Source: an uncultured Azospirillaceae bacterium (GTDB lineage: Bacteria; Pseudomonadota; Alphaproteobacteria; RF32; CAG-239). From it: DNA of 64,000 bases. Where the stretch lies: the NCBI GenBank assembly GCA_964655915.1, contig CAZZNV010000006.1, positions 9,256 to 73,255 on the forward strand. Reading direction: 5' to 3'. The position numbers and the translations under genes were made by a program. The notes beneath the pieces are model-generated. The model was given only the letters and a program-made list of their open reading frames with translations. It did not search any database and had not been told where the DNA came from. Shown piece by piece: positions 9,151 to 19,234 of the stretch (position 1 is the first letter of the stretch; each line of letters starts with the position of its first letter).

Positions 9151-12100
9151 AACCTATAAACGCCATAAAATTGTTGATTTTATGGGCGTGTTTTTTCTGA
9201 CCTGTGTCTTGTTGTTTGTTTGGCAGCTTTATCGCGGGCCGATAGCGATTCCTTTTTTAAAACCTTATATCATTAAAGCGTTAAATCACGATGACGGCGA
9301 CTATCAGGTTACGCTTGACTCTGTAAATTTGGAGTTTGTGCGTTCTATCAAACCCCTCAGAATTATAGCCACAAATGTCACCTATCGTAAAAAAGGTGAT
9401 GAACTGGTTATTAATGCTCCAAAAACATCGGTTTCCTTTAGCATAAGGGCTTTATTGCAAGGGGTGGTTGCGCCGAGTTCCATAGAGGTTATTAAACCGA
9501 CGGTTTATATTTTCACAACATATGGCGTGGATAAAGAAAAGCAGCCGGATACCATAAACCAGAAAAAACTGGAATATTACTTTGATTCGTTGAAAGACTT
9601 TTTGGAACGTTTTAATTCTGAAGACAACGCCTATCCCGAAAGTTTTATTAACGATATTGATATTCAAAGTGCTGAGGTTGAATTTCATGAGGTAGACCTA
9701 GGGCGTAAATGGGTTCTCTCGGATGTAAACTACCGCTTTGACAGAGGGTTGACGGGGTTGGAAACCGATATAAATGCGTTGGTTAAATTTGATAATATTT
9801 CATCATCATTAGGACTGGAAGCCGTTTATCGAACAGTGTCCAACAAGGTCGCTTTGCGGTTTTATTTCTCAGATGTGATTCTTGCTGATTTAATGGAACT
9901 GATTGATTCTCAAAATCAAAGTCCTGAAAATTTCCGTGTTGAAGTTCCCACAAATGGAAAGATAGACATACTTCTTAACGTGGATAACGTTATTAAAAAT
10001 CGCAATGATTTAGTGAAGGGGCTGGATGAAGCGATAGAGGAAGTGGGCTTTGAGTTTGAAGGCGGAAAAGGTTTTGTTGCTTTTAATGAGAACAAAAGTG
10101 ACAACTTCAATTTGTCGTCAATTTTATTGAAAGGCGTTATATCAGGGGGATTGGATAAACTTAGCATAAAAGATGCCACGCTGAATTTAGACGGGCAGTC
10201 TGCTACATTGGGTATCGAGGCTGCCGGATTAAAAAATTATTTGCTCAAGTCAGATGCCAAAGATTTAAAAATTAAACTTAATGCCGGTGTAGAAGAGTTG
10301 AATGCGAAAGACTTGTTCCGTTATTGGCCGCGCTATATTGCAGAAGAGGCCTGGGAATGGTGCAAGGAGAGTATTCTTGACGGCGTAATGTCAAACGCAA
10401 ATTTTTCTTTTGAGTTTGCCTATGACGCAAAAAGTAAAAATATAATATTTAAAAATCTGGAAGGAAAAACACAAGTTTCTGATGCCACACTCGATTATCT
10501 GACAGGCATGCCTAAAATCACGGGGCTTTACGGTGAAGCAGAGTTTTTTAATGATAAAATTGTTATAAATATGGATAAAGGTATTTCTGACGACGTTATT
10601 TTAAGCGAAGGTTCTGTCGAACTTTATGATTTGGATAAGTATGATAATTTCGCCAAGATAAAGCTTCACGCAATGGGTGCTATTCCGGATATTTTACGAT
10701 TGATAGATAATCAGCCGCTGGGGTATACGTCCGAAATGGGTTTGGAACCGGAAAGCATTAAAGGGAGCGCGGAAACGGATTTGGCATTGGATTTTGAATT
10801 AAAACAAAACCTCAAACCGGATGAGGTTAACGTTGATATTCACGCTGTTTTGCAAGATGTCGTTTTGCAAAAAATTGTTGATGGAAAAGATATTGAAGCA
10901 AAGCAACTTAATTTGAGTGTAAGCAACAAAGGAATGCAACTTAGCGGCGTGACGAGTTTTGAAGGAATACCGCTTACCTTGCTATGGAATGATGATTTTT
11001 CAGATCATGATTATGGTAGCAAATATCAGTTGAGCTTCAACTTTGATAATAATCTTAAACAAAAACTGGGAATAGACTTTGCTGCCTTGGCATCACCTTA
11101 TATAAAAGGGTCTATTCCGACCAAAGCCGTGATAACAACATATAAAGACGGAAAAACGGATATAGATATTAATGCCAGTTTGCTTCCGGCAGGGATAGAC
11201 TATGCCTTCTTGGGTTTTAAGAAAAAGTCAGGTGTTGAGGGTATAGCAACGGCGCAGATACGTTTTGATAAAGAAAAAAATATACAAATTCCCAAGTTTA
11301 CGTTGAGTAAGCCGGAGTTCAACCTGTCAGGAAAGATGGTTTTCGATGCGGAAAACAATCTGTTGTCCGTGGATATAGGCAATATAAAAGGGCCCAAAAC
11401 CTCGGCCTCGGCAAAGATAGAGTTTGTTAAAAAGCCGGAAGAAAAAGTAAAAATAACCGTTTCCGGAAACAGTTATGATTTGTCAGACTTTTTCAATCGT
11501 GATGAAGATGACGTTCGCATTGCCGAAGAACATCGCCAAAATTCTAAAAAACATCCCCAAAAAACTAAGGATGATACGGATTGGGAAGATGTTGTCACTT
11601 CAGATATTAATATAGCCGTTAACAGTCTGTGGACCAATCAAAATGTCGCAATCAAGAATTTTGCCGGTACGGCCAAGACGGTGAACGGTATAGGTCTTGA
11701 TGAAATGCATCTGATTGGAAATTTTCCCGAGAAGAAAAGTAAAAAACGCAAAAAAGGAGAACCCGCAGCACTGAAATTGGATTATGTCAAACGTCCAAAC
11801 AGTGAACATCTTCTCACCATTGAAAGTAATGATGCCGGTTCAACCCTGAAGTTCTTGCGCCTGTATGATAATATGCGCGGTGGAACATTAAGCGTTAGTG
11901 CCCGACGCGGTAAAGATAAAAAAATGGTCGGTCATGCCAAAATTCGTGACTGCAGTGTTTACAACACACCGGTGTTGGCAAAGTTGTTGACGGTGGCATC
12001 TTTTACAGGGATTGTCAATTTGCTGACCGGAGACGGTTTGACATTTTCCCATTTTGATGCACCGTTTGAATATAAAGATGATGTTTTGAGCGTAAAAGAG

Positions 12101-12394
12101 AGTAAGGCTTTCGGAAATGTTATGGGCATAACCGGAAACGGAAGTTATAATTTTGATATGCAGGAATTTAATATTAAAGGGGTTATTGCACCGGCTTACG
12201 GTTTAAACACATTTATTGGGCGTATTCCGGTTGTGGGGAGTTTATTGAGTGGGAAAGACGGTACGGTGTTTGCAGCAAACTATTCCATCACCGGCAATAT
12301 AGATAATCCGGACATCAGTATAAATCCGCTATCTGCTCTGAGCCCGAATTCCCTTAAAGAATTATTCTCTTCTATTTTTGGAAGTAAGGAATGA
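9131..12394 (+). CDS. AsmA-like/YhdP family (DUF3971, AsmA_2) envelope bridge protein
   Basis: N-terminal TM helix, then GPI.IPFL; YWP..IA..AW.W; C-terminal PAYGLN...IPVVG.LL.G...FA.NY.I.G..D.P...INPLS.L.P. Confidence 0.85.
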   Translation: MKKLDIKTYKRHKIVDFMGVFFLTCVLLFVWQLYRGPIAIPFLKPYIIKALNHDDGDYQVTLDSVNLEFVRSIKPLRIIATNVTYRKKGDELVINAPKTSVSFSIRALLQGVVAPSSIEVIKPTVYIFTTYGVDKEKQPDTINQKKLEYYFDSLKDFLERFNSEDNAYPESFINDIDIQSAEVEFHEVDLGRKWVLSDVNYRFDRGLTGLETDINALVKFDNISSSLGLEAVYRTVSNKVALRFYFSDVILADLMELIDSQNQSPENFRVEVPTNGKIDILLNVDNVIKNRNDLVKGLDEAIEEVGFEFEGGKGFVAFNENKSDNFNLSSILLKGVISGGLDKLSIKDATLNLDGQSATLGIEAAGLKNYLLKSDAKDLKIKLNAGVEELNAKDLFRYWPRYIAEEAWEWCKESILDGVMSNANFSFEFAYDAKSKNIIFKNLEGKTQVSDATLDYLTGMPKITGLYGEAEFFNDKIVINMDKGISDDVILSEGSVELYDLDKYDNFAKIKLHAMGAIPDILRLIDNQPLGYTSEMGLEPESIKGSAETDLALDFELKQNLKPDEVNVDIHAVLQDVVLQKIVDGKDIEAKQLNLSVSNKGMQLSGVTSFEGIPLTLLWNDDFSDHDYGSKYQLSFNFDNNLKQKLGIDFAALASPYIKGSIPTKAVITTYKDGKTDIDINASLLPAGIDYAFLGFKKKSGVEGIATAQIRFDKEKNIQIPKFTLSKPEFNLSGKMVFDAENNLLSVDIGNIKGPKTSASAKIEFVKKPEEKVKITVSGNSYDLSDFFNRDEDDVRIAEEHRQNSKKHPQKTKDDTDWEDVVTSDINIAVNSLWTNQNVAIKNFAGTAKTVNGIGLDEMHLIGNFPEKKSKKRKKGEPAALKLDYVKRPNSEHLLTIESNDAGSTLKFLRLYDNMRGGTLSVSARRGKDKKMVGHAKIRDCSVYNTPVLAKLLTVASFTGIVNLLTGDGLTFSHFDAPFEYKDDVLSVKESKAFGNVMGITGNGSYNFDMQEFNIKGVIAPAYGLNTFIGRIPVVGSLLSGKDGTVFAANYSITGNIDNPDISINPLSALSPNSLKELFSSIFGSKE

Positions 12395-12864
12395 CAAAAC
12401 AAAAAAAATTAAAAATCGGACTTGATTTTCATGGCGTAGTCGACCGCCAACCCGAATTTTTTGCTTCCTTTACGCAAATAGCGATGCAAAGAGGGCATCA
12501 GATTCATATTATAACGGGCGGTCCGTTGGAAGAAGTGTGTCAAAAACTGAACGAATTGGGTGTTTCTTATTCAAAGGTATTTGCAATATTAGATTTTTAT
12601 CAAGCCAAAGGGGATGCTTATTGGGACGGAAAAGATGTTAAAGTTCCGGAAGAGCTATGGAATAAAGCCAAAGCGGATTATTGCCGTAAGGAAAATATAA
12701 ATCTGCATATTGATGACAGTTCGTTATACAACCAGTGGTTTACAACACCATACTGTCGCTATAATCAAACAGAAAAAAACTGCCAGGCGTCATCTCATCA
12801 GATGGTAAGTTTTGCTCAATCGGCGGTAGAAACTTTAAATAAAATCGAAAAAATAGCCGGTTAA
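12391..12864 (+). CDS. HAD-superfamily-like small protein
   Basis: IGLDFHGVVD (motif I with DxH), IITG, K..YC and HIDDS. Confidence 0.6.
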   Translation: MTKQKKLKIGLDFHGVVDRQPEFFASFTQIAMQRGHQIHIITGGPLEEVCQKLNELGVSYSKVFAILDFYQAKGDAYWDGKDVKVPEELWNKAKADYCRKENINLHIDDSSLYNQWFTTPYCRYNQTEKNCQASSHQMVSFAQSAVETLNKIEKIAG

Positions 12865-12943
12865 AGATAACTAAGCGAATATTGTTTACTTTTTCTTTAG
12901 TAGTTTTGTGTATCAACAGAAGTGTCACCCGTAAGGAAAAGTT

Positions 12944-13633
12944 ATGATAACGGAAGAAATTGTACAAATTAAAGGCATTCCTCAAAAGCTGATTGTTTTT
13001 TTGCATGGCTATATTCATAATGCGGAAGCTATGGAACACAAGCTCGGGTACCTCTATGAACATTTGGATAACTACGCGGTGCACGTTCCTCAATCTCCGG
13101 ATATGTGCGAGATACATGAAGAAAAGCGGCAATGGTACTCAATGCATCGTTTTGATCCTGATGATTTACGCCGTTCTGTTCCCACAATAGAAGAGTGTGC
13201 CAAATACTATGACCGCATGACGCTTGGATTACAGCACGCTTTCAATGCTGTTGTTCCCTACATGGAGCAAACAATGCAGGAATATGGCTTGTCATATTCC
13301 GATACTACTCTCTGCGGTTTTTCCCAAGGGGCGATGGTTGCGCTTTATACAGGATTAATGGCTCCGGAAAAGTTGGCAAACGTCATCAGCTTTAGCGGAA
13401 TTTTAGCGGGAAGAAAATACATTCAATCTCATGTAAAAAACACTCCGGATATTCTGCTCATTCACGGAACAGAAGATGACTTTGTCCGTTTTTCCGCCAT
13501 GGAGTACACGCAAAATGAGCTGCAAAATTTAGGATGTCGTACCCAAACGGCCATAATCCCCAACGGAAAACACTCCGTAACCGACGAATCACTGCAAAAA
13601 GCAGTGGATTATCTCAAACAGGACAATCTATAA
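12944..13633 (+). CDS. Phospholipase/carboxylesterase (abhydrolase_2)
   Basis: VFLHGY, GFSQGAM, IHGTEDDFV and H-S-V catalytic His. Confidence 0.9.
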   Translation: MITEEIVQIKGIPQKLIVFLHGYIHNAEAMEHKLGYLYEHLDNYAVHVPQSPDMCEIHEEKRQWYSMHRFDPDDLRRSVPTIEECAKYYDRMTLGLQHAFNAVVPYMEQTMQEYGLSYSDTTLCGFSQGAMVALYTGLMAPEKLANVISFSGILAGRKYIQSHVKNTPDILLIHGTEDDFVRFSAMEYTQNELQNLGCRTQTAIIPNGKHSVTDESLQKAVDYLKQDNL

Positions 13634-14653
13634 AAAAGGTTTGGGCAACATCATTCCGCCATCTTCGACCAAGCGGTTTTTATCACGTTCAATCTTCAGG
13701 CGAGAATATTTGCCGAGATTGCGTTCGTAAATTTCCCCGTAATTCCCAAATTCTTTAACGGCCTTAACCACCCATTTGGGATCGGCCCCGTAAGCATTCC
13801 AAAGTTTGGTATCAATTCCCAAAAGATTTTTCAGTGATTGTTCGGTAATCCCGATAAAAGTATCGGTATTTTTAGATGTTATACCGTGAGCTTCAGCCAA
13901 TAAAGGAGCGTTATAAATCCATTTTGCAATAATCTGCAGTGTGGGGTTAGAATTATCAACATAGGCGTAGACGGGGTGATAACTGATTATTTCCGGTAAA
14001 ATTTCCACGGGTAATTTATTGGCAACAACACCTTCAGAAACACCGCGCAAGTAAACTTCGCTGGAACTGAACAAAGTGCAACGCTTCAGATAAAAAGCGG
14101 TTCTGGCGGCTAAAAGATCATCAAAAGGCAATATTTTGAGTTCAAGGTTGTATTTTCGGCTGAAATCAGAAACATTGTCCTTGTCATCAGAATGTCTGAC
14201 AACGCAAACGGTGCTTCCCTTGTAATCTTCCATAGATGTGGCATTTTCAACAGGGTGAGCCAAAAACATCTGCTTTTCATAATAGAGCGGAGAAATAGCG
14301 GAGACTTTGTTTTTAATCTCTGCACCGGCGGAAAGAGATGTATTGCCGAACATAATGTCAATTTTGCCGAGCGTCAGAGCTTCTGACATTTTAGAGACGG
14401 GGGTGTCAACCAGAGTAAAGCGGTCGCTGTCACCGAGTGTTGCCAGAGCAAAAAGTCGGCATAAATCGGCATCAATACCGCGCCAAACTTTATTTTCATC
14501 TTTATAAGCAAAAGCAGGGGTGCTCAAATCCGTTCCGCACCGGACGCTTCCTCTCGCAGTAATTACTTTAAGCCCAACATCTTTGGCCAGTGGCGCACTC
14601 ATTTCGGCAAAGAAAACAAAAAATACAACGGCTGTCAATTTTTTCAGTGTCAT
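13628..14653 (-). CDS. Amino-acid ABC transporter substrate-binding protein (AapJ/BztA-like)
   Basis: RG.VRCG....P.F, GIDADLCR, GNYGEIYERNLG and N.L..DGGM motifs. Confidence 0.85.
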   Translation of the reverse strand: MTLKKLTAVVFFVFFAEMSAPLAKDVGLKVITARGSVRCGTDLSTPAFAYKDENKVWRGIDADLCRLFALATLGDSDRFTLVDTPVSKMSEALTLGKIDIMFGNTSLSAGAEIKNKVSAISPLYYEKQMFLAHPVENATSMEDYKGSTVCVVRHSDDKDNVSDFSRKYNLELKILPFDDLLAARTAFYLKRCTLFSSSEVYLRGVSEGVVANKLPVEILPEIISYHPVYAYVDNSNPTLQIIAKWIYNAPLLAEAHGITSKNTDTFIGITEQSLKNLLGIDTKLWNAYGADPKWVVKAVKEFGNYGEIYERNLGKYSRLKIERDKNRLVEDGGMMLPKPFL

Positions 14654-14709
14654 TTTATTAACCAATTTATATTAAACTAAATATAATTGTAACTATAAGG
14701 CAGTTTTTT

Positions 14710-15363
14710 ATGAAACGTAATCATTTTTTACAACTTATCAGCGTTTTGCTGATAATGCTGACAGGGAGTTTGGGTTATGCCGCTCCGGTTGATGAAGTTA
14801 AGGCGCAAAATTGGGCAGATGACAAAGGGCAAGAGCTTCTGAAGGTCTTTCGGGAACCTAATATTGAAAAACGATTCAGAACGTTGGATTCTCTTTTTTT
14901 AGAGTATATTGATTTGGATTATATTTCCAAATTTGTCATGGGACGTTTTGGGCGCGAGATGAACGAGGAAACACAGGCAAACTTTCGAAATATTTTCAAA
15001 CGTTACGCTCTGGCCATGTATAAAACATTGCCCTTAGAGTTTGCCAAAGATTTGCAGTACGAGGTTTTGGGGGCGGAAAAAAGCGGAAATTTCACCTTTG
15101 TTTCAGCCCGAGTGAGTTTTAGAGTAAGCTCCGAAAAAACAGCGACTTCGGCGGTCGTTAAATTTCAACTGCATCAAACCCCGGAAGGGATTAAATTAAC
15201 GGATATAAAATTAAATGAAAGCAGTCTGATTCTGGCTTACAGAAGCCGTTTTGCCGAAATGATAATGTCTAATGACGGCGAGATAGAGTGGTTTTTGGAT
15301 GATTTGGAAGATTTAACCAAATCGGCAGAGGCGGTTAATAATTCAAAATTGAAACAATATTGA
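14710..15363 (+). CDS. MlaC/Ttg2D phospholipid-binding periplasmic protein
   Basis: Signal peptide; D.DYISKFVMGR and K.TDI....SL...YRS.F motifs. Confidence 0.8.
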   Translation: MKRNHFLQLISVLLIMLTGSLGYAAPVDEVKAQNWADDKGQELLKVFREPNIEKRFRTLDSLFLEYIDLDYISKFVMGRFGREMNEETQANFRNIFKRYALAMYKTLPLEFAKDLQYEVLGAEKSGNFTFVSARVSFRVSSEKTATSAVVKFQLHQTPEGIKLTDIKLNESSLILAYRSRFAEMIMSNDGEIEWFLDDLEDLTKSAEAVNNSKLKQY

Positions 15364-15440
15364 TCAGAAAAAAGGCTTGAATTTATGGTATAATACTTAT
15401 AATATCCAACAAGTTTTTGTGTAAAAGTTTGGATAAAGTC

Positions 15441-16763
15441 ATGATGCCTTTCAAAGTAAGATTTGCGCCCAGTCCGACGGGCTATATGCATATTGGAAAC
15501 ACCCGTACGGCAGTTTTTAACTGGTTATTGGCTCAAAAATTGGGTGGACGGTTTATGTTGCGTATTGATGATACGGACGTCCTTCGTTCAAAAAAAGAAT
15601 ATGAGGATTCTCTGCGAGATGTTTTGCAGTGGCTTGGTTTTAAATGGGATGAAGAAGCTCGCCAATCCGCACGCATGGAACGTTATAATCAAGTTGTTGA
15701 CAAGCTGAAGGCGGAAGGGCGCGTTTATGCTTGTTATGAAACGGCTGAAGAATTGGAAGTGATGCGCAAACGTTTAATGAATAAAGGTTTGCCACCGATT
15801 TATGACCGCGGTGCGTTGAAACTGACAGCGGAAGATATTGCACGTTACGAAGCCGAGGGTCGTAAACCGCACTATCGTTTTAAGTTGTTGCCGGGGGTAA
15901 TTGAATGGGATGACCTTATCCGCGGACATTGTCGTTATGATGCCGAAAATTTAGCCGACCCGGTCATCATTAGAGAAGACGGCTCTTACTTATACCATCT
16001 GCCTTCAGTTATTGATGATTCGGATTTTGAAATTACGCATATTATTCGCGGGGAGGACCATGTAACTAATACCGCGGCGCAAATCCAAATGTTTGAAGCT
16101 GTGGGAAATCATATCCCGCAATTTGCGCATTTGCCTTTGTTAACAGGAAAAGAAGGGAAATTGTCCAAACGTCTGGGTTCTCTCGGTGTACGTGAACTTC
16201 GCACCGAAGGTGTTGAGGCTATGGCAATCTGTTCATTTTTGGCCAAATTGGGAACATCTGATGCGGTTGAGCCGTTTTATGATATGGAATCTTTAGCGAA
16301 AACGCTTGATTTTAACAAGCTGGGACGGTCGCAGCCAAAGTTTGATGAAGAAGAACTGAAAGCGTTTAATACACGTTTTGTCAGAAGCATGCCTTTTACA
16401 GCTGTTAAAGAACGTGTGAATTGTGATGAGAATTTTTGGAATGCTGTTCGCGGTAATTTAAACGTGGTTGAAGATGTTAAAAATTGGGAACGTATTTGCC
16501 ATCAAAAAGTTAAACCGATAATTGAAGATAAGGGTCTAACGGACTTGGCTGCGGAACTTTTGCCGGCTGAGCCCTGGAACGGTGAAACCTTTAACGAATG
16601 GTTAAGTCTCCTGAAGGCGCAAAGCGGTAAAAAAGGAAAAGAACTGTTCCATCCTTTGCGAAAAGCGTTAACATCCGAAGAAAACGGACCGGAACTGAAA
16701 ATTTTACTTCCCTTGATTGGACGGGAAAGAGCCTTGTTACGCTTAAAAGGGCAAGAAGCATAA
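15441..16763 (+). CDS. gltX: Glutamate--tRNA ligase
   Basis: RFAPSPTGYMHIGN, LRIDDTD, RGEDH and KLSKR. Confidence 0.95.
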   Translation: MMPFKVRFAPSPTGYMHIGNTRTAVFNWLLAQKLGGRFMLRIDDTDVLRSKKEYEDSLRDVLQWLGFKWDEEARQSARMERYNQVVDKLKAEGRVYACYETAEELEVMRKRLMNKGLPPIYDRGALKLTAEDIARYEAEGRKPHYRFKLLPGVIEWDDLIRGHCRYDAENLADPVIIREDGSYLYHLPSVIDDSDFEITHIIRGEDHVTNTAAQIQMFEAVGNHIPQFAHLPLLTGKEGKLSKRLGSLGVRELRTEGVEAMAICSFLAKLGTSDAVEPFYDMESLAKTLDFNKLGRSQPKFDEEELKAFNTRFVRSMPFTAVKERVNCDENFWNAVRGNLNVVEDVKNWERICHQKVKPIIEDKGLTDLAAELLPAEPWNGETFNEWLSLLKAQSGKKGKELFHPLRKALTSEENGPELKILLPLIGRERALLRLKGQEA

Positions 16764-16783
16764 TCAAAAATTGGAGATTCTTT

Positions 16784-18163
16784 ATGACAGATATTTATCT
16801 GACAAATACTCTGACACGCCGAAAAGAACGGTTTGAACCATTGGATAAGAACAATGTGCGGATGTATGTGTGCGGTCCGACGGTTTATGACAGAGCCCAT
16901 TTGGGCAATGGCAAAACCCCTGTGGCTTTTGATATATTATACCGTTTGCTCCGTCAGGTTTACGGAGCAGAACATGTAACGTATGTCTCCAACATAACAG
17001 ATGTGGATGACAAGATTTTAAATAAGCATAAAGAAACCGGAAGACCGATTCGCGATATTACCGAGCAGACATACAATTGGTACATCGAAGATATGCAAAA
17101 GTTGAATGTTTTAGCGCCGAACCATCGTCCGCGGGCAACAGATTATATCCAAGAGATGATAGAAATCGTAAAACGTTTGCTTGAAAATAATCACGCTTAT
17201 GAGGCAGAGGGGCACGTGTTGTTTTCAGTGGATTCGATGCCGAATTACGGTTATTTGTCAGGGCGCTCTATGAAAGAAATGTTGGCAGGTGCTCGCATAG
17301 AAGTGGCTGATTACAAGAAAAATCCGGCCGACTTCGTGTTGTGGAAACCGTCAGATGCCAACCAGCCGGGATGGAACAGCCCTTGGGGATATGGACGTCC
17401 CGGATGGCACTTGGAATGTTCTGCAATGAGTTCCAAACTGTTAGGAAATGATTTTGACATTCACGGTGGAGGTTCTGACTTAATTTTCCCTCACCATGAA
17501 AATGAATGTGCCCAGTCTTGTTGCGCATTTGAAGGGTCTCGTTTTGCCCGTTATTGGGTACACAGCGGAATGCTGATGGTTGACGGTGTAAAAATGTCTA
17601 AGTCTTTGGGTAATTTCTTCACCCTTGATGAAATTTTGGAGAAAGTTCCGGCAGAGGCTTTGCGCTTGTTGTTTTTAACAACCCACTATCACCAGCCGTT
17701 TAACTTTACCATGGAGGGCTTGCAACAAGCTAAGGCGACATTGGATAAGTTTTACAATGCTTTATTAAAAGTTTCTGATATAGAAATTAAGAAATCCGAG
17801 CCGTCGGAACAGATTATTAATGCTTTGGCCGATGATCTGAATACACCGCTCGCGTTGTCTTATTTGCATGAAGACGTAAACCGCTTGAATAAGTCGGAAA
17901 ACGCGTTAGAAAAAGCGGCCGCCAAAGCTCAACTACTGGCAGATGCCGAAATGTTGGGGTTGCTGTGGCAAGAACCGGAGGCTTGGTTCAAAGGAGATGT
18001 TGGAGGTATGGATAACTCGGCCATTGAAGAGAAAATTGCAGAAAGGGCAACGGCCAAGAAGAACAAAGATTATGCTCTGGCGGATAAGATTCGCAACGAG
18101 TTGAAAGAGCAGGGCATTGTACTGGAAGATTCTCCAACGGGAACCACTTGGAAAAGGTTGTAA
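16784..18163 (+). CDS. cysS: Cysteine--tRNA ligase
   Basis: MYVCGPTVYD.AHLGN, GRPGWHLECSAM, FPHHENE and KMSKS. Confidence 0.97.
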   Translation: MTDIYLTNTLTRRKERFEPLDKNNVRMYVCGPTVYDRAHLGNGKTPVAFDILYRLLRQVYGAEHVTYVSNITDVDDKILNKHKETGRPIRDITEQTYNWYIEDMQKLNVLAPNHRPRATDYIQEMIEIVKRLLENNHAYEAEGHVLFSVDSMPNYGYLSGRSMKEMLAGARIEVADYKKNPADFVLWKPSDANQPGWNSPWGYGRPGWHLECSAMSSKLLGNDFDIHGGGSDLIFPHHENECAQSCCAFEGSRFARYWVHSGMLMVDGVKMSKSLGNFFTLDEILEKVPAEALRLLFLTTHYHQPFNFTMEGLQQAKATLDKFYNALLKVSDIEIKKSEPSEQIINALADDLNTPLALSYLHEDVNRLNKSENALEKAAAKAQLLADAEMLGLLWQEPEAWFKGDVGGMDNSAIEEKIAERATAKKNKDYALADKIRNELKEQGIVLEDSPTGTTWKRL

Positions 18164-18167
18164 AAAG

Positions 18168-18192
18168 AAGGGCGGTGTTTTCACCGCCCTTT
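18168..18192. terminator. Bidirectional intrinsic terminator
   Basis: AAGGGCGGTG-tttt-CACCGCCCTT between convergent genes. Confidence 0.8.
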
Positions 18193-18197
18193 ATTGT

Positions 18198-18404
18198 TTA
18201 TTGTTTTAAAAGCTTCTTTTCACTTTTGTTTTTGTAAACTTTTTTTGCAAAAGATTTTTTTGCGGCATAAGTCATAAACAAAGGTTCTTCCAAATGGAGC
18301 ATGCCGAGCGTTTCCTCTAAAGCTTCAAAACTTTCGTAAATTTTATTGATTAAAACGATGTTCTGTTCGATAGGGCAGTACTTATAAAATTCATTATTTT
18401 TCAT
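18198..18404 (-). CDS. Small hypothetical protein with basic C-terminal tail
   Basis: GGAGG SD before ATG 18404; the ORF ends at the terminator; no recognised motif. Confidence 0.55.
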   Translation of the reverse strand: MKNNEFYKYCPIEQNIVLINKIYESFEALEETLGMLHLEEPLFMTYAAKKSFAKKVYKNKSEKKLLKQ

Positions 18405-18567
18405 TAATGCCTCCATATTGCTTTACATAATTTGTGTATAAGTTTTGAAGTTCATCGTAAGAAGAGTGTAACAGAGTGATTTTGGCCTGTACAGTCATAA
18501 ATTTAGCAATCCGAATGCAGAAAATAAGTACAACTTTCGGAGATGTGCATATAAGAAAAAGTATAAA

Positions 18568-19137
18568 TTAGGCTTGTCCGGAAATGCCACAAAGACGAGA
18601 TGCGTCAACCCCGATGGATTCCATGGCTTTTTGCCATTTTTCTTCATCTTTTGTATGAAAAATAAGTTCTGGTGTGGCGGGAACAACCAACCATGAGTTA
18701 CGAACAATCTCGCTTTCCAGTTGACTGGAAGCCCAACTGGCATATCCCAAAGCAATCAGGTTATCTTTTGGACCGATTCCAAAAGCAATATCCGATAAAA
18801 TATCAACGGAAGAGGATACTGCAATGCCGTCTCCCACGACAACACTGTCCCCTTTAAGGTAGTCTGTCGAGTGTAAAACAAAACCGCGCACCTTATCCAG
18901 AGGGCCCCCCTGATACAAATCAATAGGAGTAACGGGCGATGATATGGCAACAGGCAAATGAGTGGCTAAATCATTGAATGAAAATTCCTTGATTTTTTTA
19001 TTAATAACAAAGCCCATAGCTCCGTCTTTAGTGTGGGTGCAGACAAAAACCAAGGAGCGCTCAAAACAGCCCTCTGTCAGCTCCGGCATAGACACTAAAC
19101 ATTTTCCTGTCAGATAGTTTTCATTCATATCAGTCAT
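18568..19137 (-). CDS. YqgE/AlgH (UPF0301) family protein
   Basis: F.RSLVFVC.H...GAMGFVIN, GGP...RGFVLH and LGYASW...QLE.E...NSWL. Confidence 0.92.
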   Translation of the reverse strand: MTDMNENYLTGKCLVSMPELTEGCFERSLVFVCTHTKDGAMGFVINKKIKEFSFNDLATHLPVAISSPVTPIDLYQGGPLDKVRGFVLHSTDYLKGDSVVVGDGIAVSSSVDILSDIAFGIGPKDNLIALGYASWASSQLESEIVRNSWLVVPATPELIFHTKDEEKWQKAMESIGVDASRLCGISGQA

Positions 19138-19234
19138 ATTATACATATATATCCGAATTAAATTTACACAATACTTGTATTCTAACATAATTTACAGTAA
19201 TTTAAAAACATATTTTCACAAACAGATAAAAACA

